The notes under the pieces were generated by a model, which was not told the origin of the DNA, did not search any database, and was given only the letters and a program-made list of their open reading frames with translations. Of a stretch of DNA of 64,000 nucleotides, positions 11,487-23,255 are shown one piece after another (the stretch's first letter is position 1; every line of letters starts with the position of its first letter). The stretch covers positions 73,408,001 through 73,472,000 of the forward strand of contig OX597821.1 in assembly GCA_951406725.2 (NCBI GenBank). Reading direction: 5' to 3'. This stretch comes from Octopus vulgaris. Its lineage: Eukaryota. The position numbers were made by a program, and so were the translations under genes.

Positions 11487-13538
11487 TGGAACAATATTGT
11501 TGACAGGGCTATTAGACAAAAGAAACAGGCTTGGAAGGCCTGGAAGAACGGTGGTAGCAGGGAAGTGTATCAGTCTGCCAGAAGGGAAGCCAGGAGACAG
11601 GTCTATCTAGCCAGAGGGGAGGCAGATAAGGAAAAATTTGCCAATGTCCTGCGCCGTGAGGATGAAAGACTTGAGGTATTTCGTGTTGCAAGACAGTGTG
11701 TGAGAGAGAATCGTGACGTGGTAGGAGAGAAATGTGTTCGCAAGGATGACGGTTCACTTGCGCTTAATGAGGATGCAAAGAGAGAGGCTTGGAGACGCCA
11801 CTATGATAGGTTGCTGAATGAAGAAAATGAATGGGATAAAGAGAGTCTGCCGAATGTCGACCCAACAGAGGGACCAGCAATCCGAGTTAACAGTTCCTTA
11901 GTAGATAAGGCAATTAGAAGCATGAAAACAGGGAAAGCCCCAGGCCCATCAGGAATTACTGCAGAGATGTTCAAAATATCTGGTGGTGTCGGCTATAGCT
12001 TAGTCACCCGTATAGTTAACCAGGTGATACACGAGGGGGTCATACCCAATGACTGGTGTAGCAGCATAATAGTCAACTGCTACAAAGGTAAAGGCGACGC
12101 CCTAGAGACAAATAACTACAGGGGCATCAAGCTTCTGGATCAGGTAATGAAGGTTACGGAGAGGGTTATAGCCCAACTAATTAGAGAGAGAGTTAGCTTA
12201 GATGATATGCAGTTTGGGTTCGTGCCAGGGAAAAGTACTACTGATGCTATATTCCTGGTAAGACAGCTGCAGGAGAAATACCTAGCCAAAGATAAGCCCT
12301 TGTACCTGGCTTTTGTTGACTTGGAGAAAGCCTTTGACAGGGTCCTCCGATCCCTTATCTGGTGGTCAATGAGGAAACTAGGGATAGATGAATGGTTGGT
12401 GAGAGCTGTGCAAGCCATGTACAGAGACGCTGCTAGTAAGGTGAGGGTTGGCAACGAGTACAGTGAAGAATTCCGGGTAGAGGTTGGGGTCCACCAAGGT
12501 TCAGTCCTCAGTCCCCTCCTATTTATCATAGTCCTCCAGGCAATAACGGAGGAATTCAAGACAGGTTGCCCCTGGGAGCTCCTCTATGCTGATGACCTTG
12601 CTCTAATTGCTGAGTCACTATCAGAACTGGAGGAGAAGTTTCAGGTGTGGAAACAAGGATTAGAATCGAAGGGCCTTAGAATCAACCTAGCCAAAACCAA
12701 AGTCCTAATAAGTAGGAAGGTAGATCAATCACAAACGCCTTCAGGTAGATGGCCCTGCTCGATCTGTAAAAAAGGTGTAGGTAGAAACTCTATAAGATGC
12801 ACCAAGTGTAAGCTATGGACACATAAGAGGTGCAGCAATGTCAAAGGAAGGCTAACTAGGAAAATAGTTTTTGTCTGTGGCAAATGCTCAGGAGCAATAA
12901 ACACTGGAAATGTGCAGAGACCAACTTCTGCCACGTTCCAGGGAGACAAACTAGAAGTAGTTGATAGCTTCCGCTACCTAGGAGACCAAGTCAGTAGCGG
13001 GGGTGGGTGTGCTGAAAGTGTAACTGCTAGAGTAAGAATAGCCTGGGCAAAGTTTAGAGAGCTCTTACCCCTGCTGGTGACAAAAGGCCTCTCGCTCAGA
13101 GTAAAAGGCAGACTGTATGATGCATGTGTACGTACAGCCATGCTACATGGTAGTGAAACATGGGCCGTGACTGCTGAGGATATGCGTAAGCTCGCAAGAA
13201 ATGAAGCCAGTATGCTCCGATGGATGTGTAATGTCAGTGTTCATAATCGTCAGAGTGTAAGTTCCTTGAGAGAAAAGTTGAACCTAAGAAGCGTCAGTTG
13301 TGGTGTGCAAGAGAGACGGCTGCGCTGGTATGGTCATGTGACGAGAAAGGCTGAAGATAGTTGTGTGCAAAAGTGCTACACCCTAGCAGTTGAGGGAACC
13401 TGTGGAAGAGGTAGACCCAGGAAAACCTGGGACGAGGTGGTGAAGCACGACCTTCGAACTTTAGGTCTCACTAAGGAAATGTCTAGAGACCGAGACCTAT
13501 GGAAGTATGCTGTGCGTGAGAAGACCCGGCAAGACTAG
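11487..13538 (+). CDS. RTE reverse transcriptase ORF (N-terminally truncated) with an internal C4HC3 PHD-like finger
   Basis: KAPGPSGI, NYRGIKLL, QFGF, FVDLEKAFD, GVHQGSVLSPLLF, YADD, FRYLG; no stops or frameshifts. Confidence 0.95.
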   Translation, partial: WNNIVDRAIRQKKQAWKAWKNGGSREVYQSARREARRQVYLARGEADKEKFANVLRREDERLEVFRVARQCVRENRDVVGEKCVRKDDGSLALNEDAKREAWRRHYDRLLNEENEWDKESLPNVDPTEGPAIRVNSSLVDKAIRSMKTGKAPGPSGITAEMFKISGGVGYSLVTRIVNQVIHEGVIPNDWCSSIIVNCYKGKGDALETNNYRGIKLLDQVMKVTERVIAQLIRERVSLDDMQFGFVPGKSTTDAIFLVRQLQEKYLAKDKPLYLAFVDLEKAFDRVLRSLIWWSMRKLGIDEWLVRAVQAMYRDAASKVRVGNEYSEEFRVEVGVHQGSVLSPLLFIIVLQAITEEFKTGCPWELLYADDLALIAESLSELEEKFQVWKQGLESKGLRINLAKTKVLISRKVDQSQTPSGRWPCSICKKGVGRNSIRCTKCKLWTHKRCSNVKGRLTRKIVFVCGKCSGAINTGNVQRPTSATFQGDKLEVVDSFRYLGDQVSSGGGCAESVTARVRIAWAKFRELLPLLVTKGLSLRVKGRLYDACVRTAMLHGSETWAVTAEDMRKLARNEASMLRWMCNVSVHNRQSVSSLREKLNLRSVSCGVQERRLRWYGHVTRKAEDSCVQKCYTLAVEGTCGRGRPRKTWDEVVKHDLRTLGLTKEMSRDRDLWKYAVREKTRQD

Positions 13539-15860
13539 TCAGGCCATAACCCGTGGCCCCTACCTGGGACGTAGTCAGTCCACCTGTGCATACCTTCCTT
13601 CTTGTGACACTTATGAAGACCTGTTGAGGCAAGTGAAAATCAAATCAAAACAAATCAAAATAGATGAACATCAATGGAATTGTATCTTTGTGGTACCAGT
13701 GCCGGTGGCACACAAGAAAACCACCCGAACGTGGCCGTAGCCAGTACCGCATCGACTGGCCTCCGTGCTGTGGGCACAACAAACACCATCCGATCGTGGC
13801 TGTTCGCCAGCCTCATCTGGCACCTGTGTCGGTGGCACATAAAAACACCATCCGAAGACCCGGCGACGTAGTCAGTCCCTCTTATGACACTTGTGAAGAC
13901 CTGTTGAGGCAAGTATGTGACACTTGTGAAGACCTGTTGAGGCAGAGGCAAGTGTGTGACACTTTGTGAAGACCTGTTGAGGCAGAGGCAAGTGTGTGAC
14001 ACTCGTGGAGACCTGTTGAGGCAAGTGTGTGACACTTGTGAAGACCTGTTGAGGCAAGTGAAAATCAAATCAAACCAAATCAAAATAGATGAACATCAAT
14101 GGAATTTGTATCTTTGTGGTACCAGTACCGGTGGCACACAAGAAAACCATCCGAACGTGGCCGTAGCCAGTACCGCATCGACTGGCCTCCGTGCTGTGGG
14201 CACAACAAACACCATCCGATCGTGGCCGTTCGCCAGCATCATCTGGCACCTGTGTCGGTGGCACATAAAAACACCATCCGCAGACCCGGCGACGTAGTCA
14301 GTCCACCTGTGCATACCTTCCTTCTTATGACACTTGTGAAGACCTGTTGAGGCAAGTGTGTGACACTTGTGAAGACCTGTTGAGGCAGAGGCAAGTGTGT
14401 GACACTTTGTGAAGACCTGTTGAGGCAGAGGCAAGTGTGTGACACTTGTGAAGACCTGTTGAGGCAAGTGAAAATCAAACCAAATCAAAATAGATGAACA
14501 TCAATGGAATTTGTATCTTTGTGGTACCAGTACCGGTGGCACACAAGAAAACCATCCGAACGTGGCCGTAGCCAGTACCGCATCGACTGGCCTCTGTGAT
14601 GTGGGCACATAACAAACACCATCCGATCGTGGTGGCCCCTACCTGGGACGTAGTCAGTCCACCTGTGCATACCTTCCTTCTTGTGACACTTGTGAAGACC
14701 TGTTGAGGCAAGTGAAAATCAACAAATCAAAAAATCAAAACAAATCAAAATAGATGAACATCAATGGAATCTGTATCTCTGTGGTACCAGTGCCGGTGGC
14801 ACACAAGAAAACCATCCGAACGTGGCTGTAGCCAGTACCGCATCGACTGGCCTCCGTGCTGTGGGCACATAACAAACGCCATCCAATCGTGGCCGTTCGC
14901 CAGCCTCATCTGGCACCTGTCCGAAGACCCGGCAAGACTAGTCAGGCCATAGCCCGTGGCCCCTTCCTGGGACGTAGTCAGTCCACCTGTGCATACCTTC
15001 CTTCTTATGACACTTGTGAAGACCTGTTGAGGCAAGTGCTAATCAAATCAAATGACACTTGTGAAGACCTGTTGAGGCAAGTGATAATAATAATAAATAA
15101 TAATAATAATAATAATCATAATCAAATCAAATCAAAACAAATCAAAATAGATGAACATCAATGGAATTTGTATCTTTGTGGTACCAATGTCGGTGGCACA
15201 CAAGAAAACCATCCGAACGTGGCCGTAGCCAGTACCACATCGACTGGCCTCCGTGCTGTGGGCACGTAACAAACACCATCCGATCGTGGCCGTTCGCCAG
15301 CCTCATCTGGCACCTGTGTTGGTGGCACATAAAAACACCATCCAAAGTCCCGGCAAGACTAGTCAGGCCATAACCCGTGGACCCTACCTGGGACGTAGTC
15401 AGTCCACCTGTGCATACCTTCCTTCTTATGACACTTGTGAAGACCTGTTGAGGCAAGTATGTGACACTTGTGAAGACCTGTTGAGGCAAGTGTGTGACAG
15501 TTGTGAAGACCTGTTGAGGCAAGTGAAAATCAAACCAAATCAAAATAGATGAACATCAATGGAATTTGTATCTTTGTGGTACCAGTGCCGGTGGCACACA
15601 AGAAAACCATCCGAACGTGGCCGTAGCCAGTACCGCATCGACTGGCCTCCGTGCTGTGGGCACGTAACAAACACCATCCGATCGTGGCCGTTCGCCAGCC
15701 TCATCTGGCACTTGTGTCGGTGGCACATAAAAACACCATCTGAGCGTGGCCGTCTGCCAGCCTCGTCTGGCACCTGTGTCGGTGGCACATAAAAAAAAAC
15801 ACCATCCGAGCGTGGCCGTTCGCCAGCCTCGTCTGGCACCTGTGTCGGTGGCACATAAAA
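13519..15860 (+). repeat. Six-unit tandem array of the RTE proximal 3' UTR with nested 27-33 bp and about 60 bp subrepeats
   Basis: AAATAGATGAACATCAATGGAAT recurs near 13658, 14083, 14488, 14748, 15146, 15543. Confidence 0.9.
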
Positions 15861-16845
15861 TCACCCACTACACTCTCGGAGTGGTTGGTGTTAGGAAGGG
15901 CATCCAGCTGTAGAAACACTGCCAGATCTGACTGGCCTGGTGCAGCCTTCGGGCTCCCCAGACTCCAGTTGAACCGTCCAACCCATGCTAGCATGGAAAG
16001 CGGACGTTAAATGAGGATGATGATGATGATTGAATGGCACCCGGGAATTGTGGTTGTTGGCAGTGCCATGTAAGTGGCACCCATGTATCATAGTCATGGT
16101 TATTGCTGGGACCATGTACATAGCACCTGTGACTCATAGTCTTGGATGTTGTTGGTGTTGTGCAAATGGCACCTGTGCTGATGGCACAGGAAAGCACCCG
16201 TTACATTCTTGGAGTGGTTGATGTTAGGAGGGGCATCCAGTTGTAGAAAGCATGCCAAATCAGGCTGGAACCTGGTACAGCCCTCCGGCTCATCAGCTCC
16301 AGTCAAACTGTCCAACCCATGAAGAGTGGACATTACATGGTGATGATGATGGTGATGATGCATTTTTTGTGTTTGATTGACCAGGATCTTTTCTGAAATT
16401 ACAAATTCGTATGTTTGTAGATTGTTTGGAAGCAGCAGTTTAACTGCTGGATTCCTTTTCTAATGTTAACTTCCCAAACGAGAACAGGTTTCCCATTAGT
16501 AAACCAATGTCAGGCTTTAACATAGACAGCTAATTGAACCAATTGTTCCGTTGTACTTTTCATTTCACACTCACTGAACTTCAGTTTGTAATTTCATTAC
16601 AAAAATGTCGTCTTATTTCACTTTAATCAATAACGTTATCACTTTACTGCTACATGTTAATCCTAAAATTCCAGCCTCGGCAAAATATAAACCATTTTTC
16701 TAAAATTTAATGCTTTTTGAAATTGTTCTGTACAATAAGACAGTGAAAGATAGAAAATGGTCTTTTTTTCCATCTCTCATTAAGATGTTGTCAGTATTAC
16801 TTGACTAATTTTGAAATGATGTTTTTTTGGTTTCTTCTTTTATAG

Positions 16846-16907
16846 AAGTATTTTGGAAAGATTTGTGCAAGAAGAATGTCATAATGCTGAGAAAGGCAAC
16901 AGCCAGA
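16846..16907 (+). CDS. CEP43: CEP43 exon (RSILERFVQEECHNAEKGNSQ)
   Basis: tttcttcttttatag / gtaagt; phase 2-1 fits both neighbours. Confidence 0.8.
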
Positions 16908-17511
16908 GTAAGTTGGCACATTTAATATTGGCTAATCTACTGAATTCTATTGACACTTCAGCTCAGTATCTAAGAAATAATACACACACACACACACACA
17001 CAGTTATACGCACATGTTGATGTTTAACTATATAAATCAGGGGTTCTCAACCACAGCTCCTGTGGCTGCATGCGGCCCTCAACCATCCTACTGGCAGTCC
17101 CTGATGCTCTTCCTTCTAAAAATATACTCTTTTACTCTATTTGTTTAAGTCATTTGACTGCGGCCATGCACAGTTTATTGCCCAATGATTGAAGGGTGCT
17201 CTTAAATGGGCTGGTTATACAGCACTGGCATAGGACACAGTTATGGTCTCACTTGACTTGCTGGCTCTTCACAAGCACAGCATATCTCCAAAACAATTAC
17301 AATAGATAAATGTTATAAAAGTACATAACCTACCAACCATCCAACCAACCTTCTGTCCATTGGAATTTCTCTGTGATGTATGTTTATCAATAGACATGGC
17401 TGTTGTTCACAGATCTCTTTTTGTTGATTTTCACTTGTAAATTTTTCATATAATTGGGATCCAATTCTATTTGATCCATAGACACCAAAGTTATTTCAAA
17501 ACATTTAACAA

Positions 17512-18282
17512 TGGCAGTCCTGGTTTAGGACGAAGGCACGATCTGTGTCCTTATATTTTCAAACAAGGGAATCTAGCAGCCCCCACTCAACTCAAAACAA
17601 TATCTGAGTTTTTTCTTCATCACATTATTATTAACTTTTTCATGGTGGCATGTAATAAGCACCATACAAGCATGGTCGATGCCAGTGCCACCTGACTGGT
17701 CCCATGCTGTTGGCACGTAAAAAACACCATTTTAGCATGGTCGATGCCAGTGCCGGTAGCATGTAAAAAGCACCCACTATGCTCTCGGAGTTGGGGTGAT
17801 AGATTTCCTTGTTTGATATATGACACAGATTGTGTTGTATAGCCAGCTGGAGACGATGTCTCTTGGGGCTAAATTACAGCATCATTCGTCCTAAACCAGG
17901 ACTGACATGTTATGTTGGCAAAGAATATTTACTCCAAAGTACTGTTGCTGAATATCTCTCATTGTGAGAATTAAAAATAGTAATTTTCTAATTTAGTAGT
18001 TTATTAGCAATGTTTAAGGTAAGCAGCAGGAGAATTGTTTTGTGCAAAATCCTTACCCTTTGTTTCAAGACAGTTTTGAAGACGTCAACGCAGGTTAAGA
18101 TATAACTTTTCTGTGTTTCCTCAATGATTCAGATGTGTCTAATTTAGCCGTAGAAAGTCTACGCTTTGTTGATGAGGTCTTAAGACTGAAACATGTTCAC
18201 TGTTGTCTTATCTTACCAATGTAATTAAAATAATGATTTGTTATTGACTAACAGTATTTTTTCTTCACCACATTATTATTAA
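17512..18282. mobile_element. Family B PLE-like element, inverted, interrupted by an RTE tail, with a degenerate hammerhead at 18164-18200
   Basis: Homology to 4911-5337 and 38975-39380; UUGAUGA ggtc ttaa gact GAAA catg UU; ttttcttcaYcacattattattaa at 17609 and 18257. Confidence 0.6.
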
Positions 18283-19100
18283 GTTGAGCCTGGTGCAGCC
18301 ATCTGGTTCGTCAGCCCTCAGTCAAAATCATCCCACCCATGCTAGCATGGAAAGCGGATGTTAAACGATGATGATGATGATGATTTGCATGGTGTCATGT
18401 AAAAAGCACCATATGAGCATGGTTGATGCCAGTGCTGCCTGACTGGTCTCATGTTGGTGGCACATAAAAAGCACCATTTGAGCGTGGTCGATGCCAGTGC
18501 CGCCTGACTGGCCACTGTGCCAGTGGCATGTAAAAAGCACCCACTACATTCTGAGTGGTTGGCATCAGGAAGGGCATCCAGCTGTAGAAACCTTGTCAGA
18601 TTAGATTGGAGCCTGGTGCAGCCTCCTGGCTTGCCAGTCCTCAGTCAAACCATCCAACCCATTCCAGCATGGAAAGTGGACGTTAAACGATGATGATAAT
18701 GAACCATAAATGTTGGTATAAAACCATGGTTGGACCCGCTCCGGCCTCTAACCCGCAGGTGTGCTTTCTTCTCTCTACTACTACTACAACAACAGTCTCT
18801 TGTACCCCATTCACCTAGGTACTCTAATTCTCTCCCTTTTATTACCCATGTTACTGTCTCCCACCCCAGCCTGCACCAACCCTCATGCTCAGTCCTCCCC
18901 TCCCAGAATGCTTGTTCCTCGGAATCCCTTTCCTTGTTAATGTTGACCTGCTCTACTCTAAGCAGAACATTAACAAGCACCAATATTACCAGTCTCAGAT
19001 GGTCTGCAAATGCCAAGGGTGCCACCCTTTCCTCTAGGCTCAGTGAAAATTGGCAAAATTGCTCTATGGACTTTGATTTATAGTTGGGTATTTCGTACAT

Positions 19101-19724
19101 TTAACCCCTAATGAATATATAACAAATGTTGTACATTTGTTTAAAAATAATTAAAAACTGCCCATCACATGGCATGCACAGGTTTTATGTGAACTTGTCC
19201 GTCCTTTTTTTTATATATATTGCAATTAAAATAAATGGGGGCACACAGTTGATTCCAGCGTTACAAAATCACGGTTGATGTTGTTACCCCTTCCCATATG
19301 TCCTGCTGTTGGCTGTGCTTCTCTTTCAGCGAGATAGAAATTCGCAGTTTACAGCCATTTGTTGAGAAGGTGTAACAACATCAACCGTTATCCTGTAGTG
19401 ATGGAATCAACTGTGTATCCCTGTTCATTTTAACTGCGATATATGGAAAAGCAAACGGACAAGTTCACATGGAACTCCTGCATGCCATGTGACTGGCAGT
19501 TTTTAATTATTTAAGCAAATATACAGCATTTGTTATGCATTGATTATATATTGAACTACACTCTTGGAGTGGTTGGCGTTAGGAAGGGCATCCAGCTGTA
19601 GAAACATTGCCTGATCAGATTGGAGCCTGGTGCAGCCTCTTGGTTTACCAGTCTTCGGTCAAACCGTCCATTCCATGCTAGCATGGAAAATAGACATTAA
19701 ATGATGATGATGATTAGGAGTTCA
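19101..19724. mobile_element. Foldback MITE with arms of about 200 bp, interrupted by an RTE tail (19556-19714)
   Basis: 19110-19300 is the reverse complement of 19360-19545; begins ttaacccctaat. Confidence 0.7.
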
Positions 19725-20388
19725 ATACACAACATTGGCCACCTCCATAACAAAGTTAATTCAATGGGTTTCTTCTTCTTATTTCTTTACTACCCACAAG
19801 GGGCTAAACACAGAGAGGACAAACAAGGACAGACAAACGTATTAAGTCGATTATATTGACCCCAGTGCGTAACTGGTACTTATTTAATCGGCCCCAAAAG
19901 GATGAAAGGCAAAGTCGACCTTGGCAGAATTTGAACTCAGAACATAACAGCAGGTGAAATACCGCTTAGCATTTTGCCCGGCGTGCTAACATTTCTGTTA
20001 GCTCACCACCTTCTAGGTTTCTCCTGCCAGGTTGCCAGTTAACTCCAATCATCATCATCTCATTGACTCCATCTGTTTGAGGTTCGGGGTCTCTACCTTC
20101 TGCTGATATCACACAGCCTAAAAATGTGATGCTTGTAGTCTTTTGCAGGTTTAATTGTCAAAATATTTTCGTTGCTTTGAAACCGCGACCTGTTCACTGA
20201 CAAAGCTTCGTGCTGCATCATATATATAGTCTTCGCTACATTTGCGGTACCTGCCAGGATAGGACTACACAGCCACAGCAGGAAATGTATCAGGACATGA
20301 AATGTAAAAGCCGAACTGGACTATTTTATGCACAACTCCATTGTCTCCCGAGACAAAAAGGATGTTAACAACAACAACAACAACAACA

Positions 20389-20397
20389 ATATATATA

Positions 20398-20438
<41 letters not shown>

Positions 20439-20463
20439 ATGTGTGTGTGTGTATGTGTGTGTG

Positions 20464-20557
<94 letters not shown>
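20389..20557. repeat. Compound (TG)n/(TA)n microsatellite
   Basis: Direct reading. Confidence 0.95.
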
Positions 20558-20968
20558 CGTTGCTGAAATTGGAGTGCGTCTCATGTTGGTGGTTTTTCTG
20601 CTGTCAATTATAATAATTGGTTAAATTACGTCTTAAGGGAGATAACTCTGAAAACATTTGTTCGAATTATTCCCCTTGCCGTCCTATGTTTATAGTATCC
20701 TTTCGTATTCAGTCGATCAAATGTTTCTGAAATAATATTTTTTATCGACAACTTAACATTTAAATCTACTCAAATCTGTTCAGTCGTTACTTTTTTTTTA
20801 TTGAGAATTACAATGACACCAAATAGCTTTCCCTTCTATCTTTCTTCTGTAGAAACGCATTATCTTTTAATCGATATAATCCAGTTTATCGTGTACAGCG
20901 CACCGTCTCTTTTATAAACCATCTTTTTCTATAAAGAGACCGTCCTTATACTCAAACTGTAAATATTT

Positions 20969-21447
20969 ATATTATTTACGTTTGATGGATATTTGTCCTC
21001 ACCTTGTTTGTTGTTAACACAACGTTTCGGCTGATATAGCCTCCAGCCTTCATCAGGTGTCTTGGAGAAATTTCGAACCTGGGTTCTCATTCCTAAGATA
21101 TCGATGATATTATTATTATTATTATTTAGGTCACTGCTCGGAATCTTGGGGTTAGTAGCCCACACTCTTAACCACTATTCCATATGCTTGTAGTGGTTAA
21201 GAGTGTGAGCTACTAACCCCAAGATTCTGAGTTTAGTTCCAAGCACTGACCTGAATAATAATAATAATAATAATATCATCGATATCTTAGGAAAGAGAAC
21301 CCAAATTCGAAATTTCTCCAAGACACCTGATGAAGGCTGGAGTGAATATCAACTGAAACATTGTGTTAACAACAAACAAGATGAGGACAAATATCCGTTA
21401 AATGTAAATAATGTACATAATTCTTCATCTCTTCAATGTAGAACTGT
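20969..21447. mobile_element. Family A tRNA-head plus hammerhead element, head-to-head inverted pair
   Basis: Arms of about 215 bp around 21185; hammerheads at 21016-21061(-) and 21322-21367(+); direct repeat aactgtaaatattt at 20955-20968 and 21442-21455. Confidence 0.85.
21016..21061 (-). ncRNA. Minimal hammerhead ribozyme, family A, intact core
   Basis: gacac CUGAUGA a ggctg gaggctatat cagcc GAAA cg UU gtgtt; palindromic AACGUU stem III. Confidence 0.82.
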
Positions 21448-23218
21448 AAATATTTCGTTTAAATCATTGTTTCTCATGGGGCAGGGGAGGGTGACTGTGG
21501 AATGAAGGGAGGGGTGAGGGGAACAAATTACCATATTTAAAAATATTAAAATGATTTTTCCATCTTTGTAGTCTTGGCAAATACCTTAGTAAAGAAAGAA
21601 GAATTATATGGTTCCAAAACCTATTTTGTTTCCATTAACAGAGGAGGAGTGATGCCAAGAATTTTTAACATTTTGATGCAGATGAGGAAATACAATGTTT
21701 GTAAATTTTTGACAAACATTAAAAGCACAAGGAAAGACTCAAAACTGCGTCATTAGTTTCCACATAGAAGTGTTTCCTTCGTTTTTGGGAATTTAAGTTA
21801 TTTTTATCTGTTTTCATATTTCTTTAAATTTTAATAATGACTGCAACCCAATATATATATACATACATGTATAGCAAAAATTTGGATTCAGATGAATATG
21901 GTACTTAAGTTGAGGCACCAGAATTTAGTATGGTATTATCCATACAATTTCAAAATAAGGTGATTAAAATCAAAATAAGCAACAAGGATATCCAGAGGTA
22001 ATGCAGTACGATCATCTCAAGCAACTCCATTTAATTGAACAATCATCAGCTGCATAAAGACAAAAAGTTTAATTAAATTATAACAGTTGGACACATCAGG
22101 AAAATTTTTCCCTAAAATCCCAAAGAAGGTAAGGACATAGACAGAGAATATGCTGTCTTCACTTCAGCTTAGAAGCTATTAAGGTATCAGGAAAAAAGAC
22201 TTGTTACAGATTTTGCTTGTCACTGTTTTATGGGGTCAGTTTTATAGACTAGTTTATCAAATCTTTGTATATCTAAGGCCGAAAGAACAAGGAGCAGTGT
22301 CTGTTAGGAAGTGGGCTGAGGGAGTCGACAGAAATCATAGTGGGTATAGTCATAAAAACTATCAAGATTAATTTGAAGCAATATCATGAGATTTAGTAAA
22401 GGAAATCTTAAATCAAGCCTGAAAAAAACATGGACTACATGGAAAAATGTGAGCAAGAGAAATAATATTCTTAAGATTATAAACCTGGAAAATTACAGGA
22501 CAAGTTATTACATTTGGAAAAGTTTAGGACAAGTTATATTACATCCTGTAAAGTACAGGAAAAGAAAATTTTTACTTAAAATATTGCGGCTAAGGATAAA
22601 ATTTGAATATTAAAAATTATTTGATTTTAATTTAAAAAGTAACATTATAATTAACAAAGGGACCATCATTTTGTTAAAATATTGACGTAAATTCATTATG
22701 TAAAAAACAGTCATAGGGTTAAGACTAAAAATGTGAAGACTTGGCAATAACTCAAGCAAATTTTACAGTGAATTTGTTGTTATAGGTAGATTTTACTGTA
22801 ATATATAACTAATTTTTGTATTATTATTCTATTTATTGTACTAACTAATTATGTACTACTATTATTCATTATAACCTATTTTCAAATTTCTGATTATTAA
22901 TTAATAATTAAAAAAAGGAATTTTTTTTGAAGTGCAAAAAGTATTTTAACTGATCTTTTTATTATTTTTAATAGAAGTAGCAAGTAATAACAAATAAAAG
23001 TAATAACCTGTAATAACATTTTTAGTTTTACTAAAAGCTAATATTTTCTAAATCTAAATATTTTATTTAAAATTTAATCCTCAGCTACAATATTTTAAGT
23101 AAAAATTTTCTTGTTCTGTACTTTACCAGATGTTACAACTTTCCTGAACTTTTCTAGGTTTATAATCTTAAGAATATTATTTCTCTGTCTCGCATTTTTC
23201 CATGTGATAGGAAAAAAA

Positions 23219-23255
<37 letters not shown>

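Larger units (their letters stand above)
11487..16030 (+). mobile_element. RTE-clade non-LTR retrotransposon, 5'-truncated (no APE domain), amplified 3' UTR, (GAT)n tail
   Basis: Frame open from WNNIVDRAIRQKK at 11487; RT motifs; RTE C-terminus RRLRWYGHV, GRGRPRKTW; tail at about 16012-16030. Confidence 0.93.

Noticed and set aside
13606-13640. CTGTTGAGGCAAGTGAAA as a hammerhead core
   Set aside because: Invariant A6 replaced and no stem II or III pairing
13886-14062. CRISPR-like run of 27-33 bp repeats (TGACACTTGTGAAGACCTGTTGAGGCAAGTG)
   Set aside because: No unique spacers, no cas genes, eukaryotic context; a minisatellite within the LINE UTR
11470-16045. TSD for the RTE element
   Set aside because: No matching direct repeat found by eye; the 3' flank is another tail copy
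13507-16363. Many short ORFs on both strands
   Set aside because: Translations of GC-rich tandem repeats; no domains
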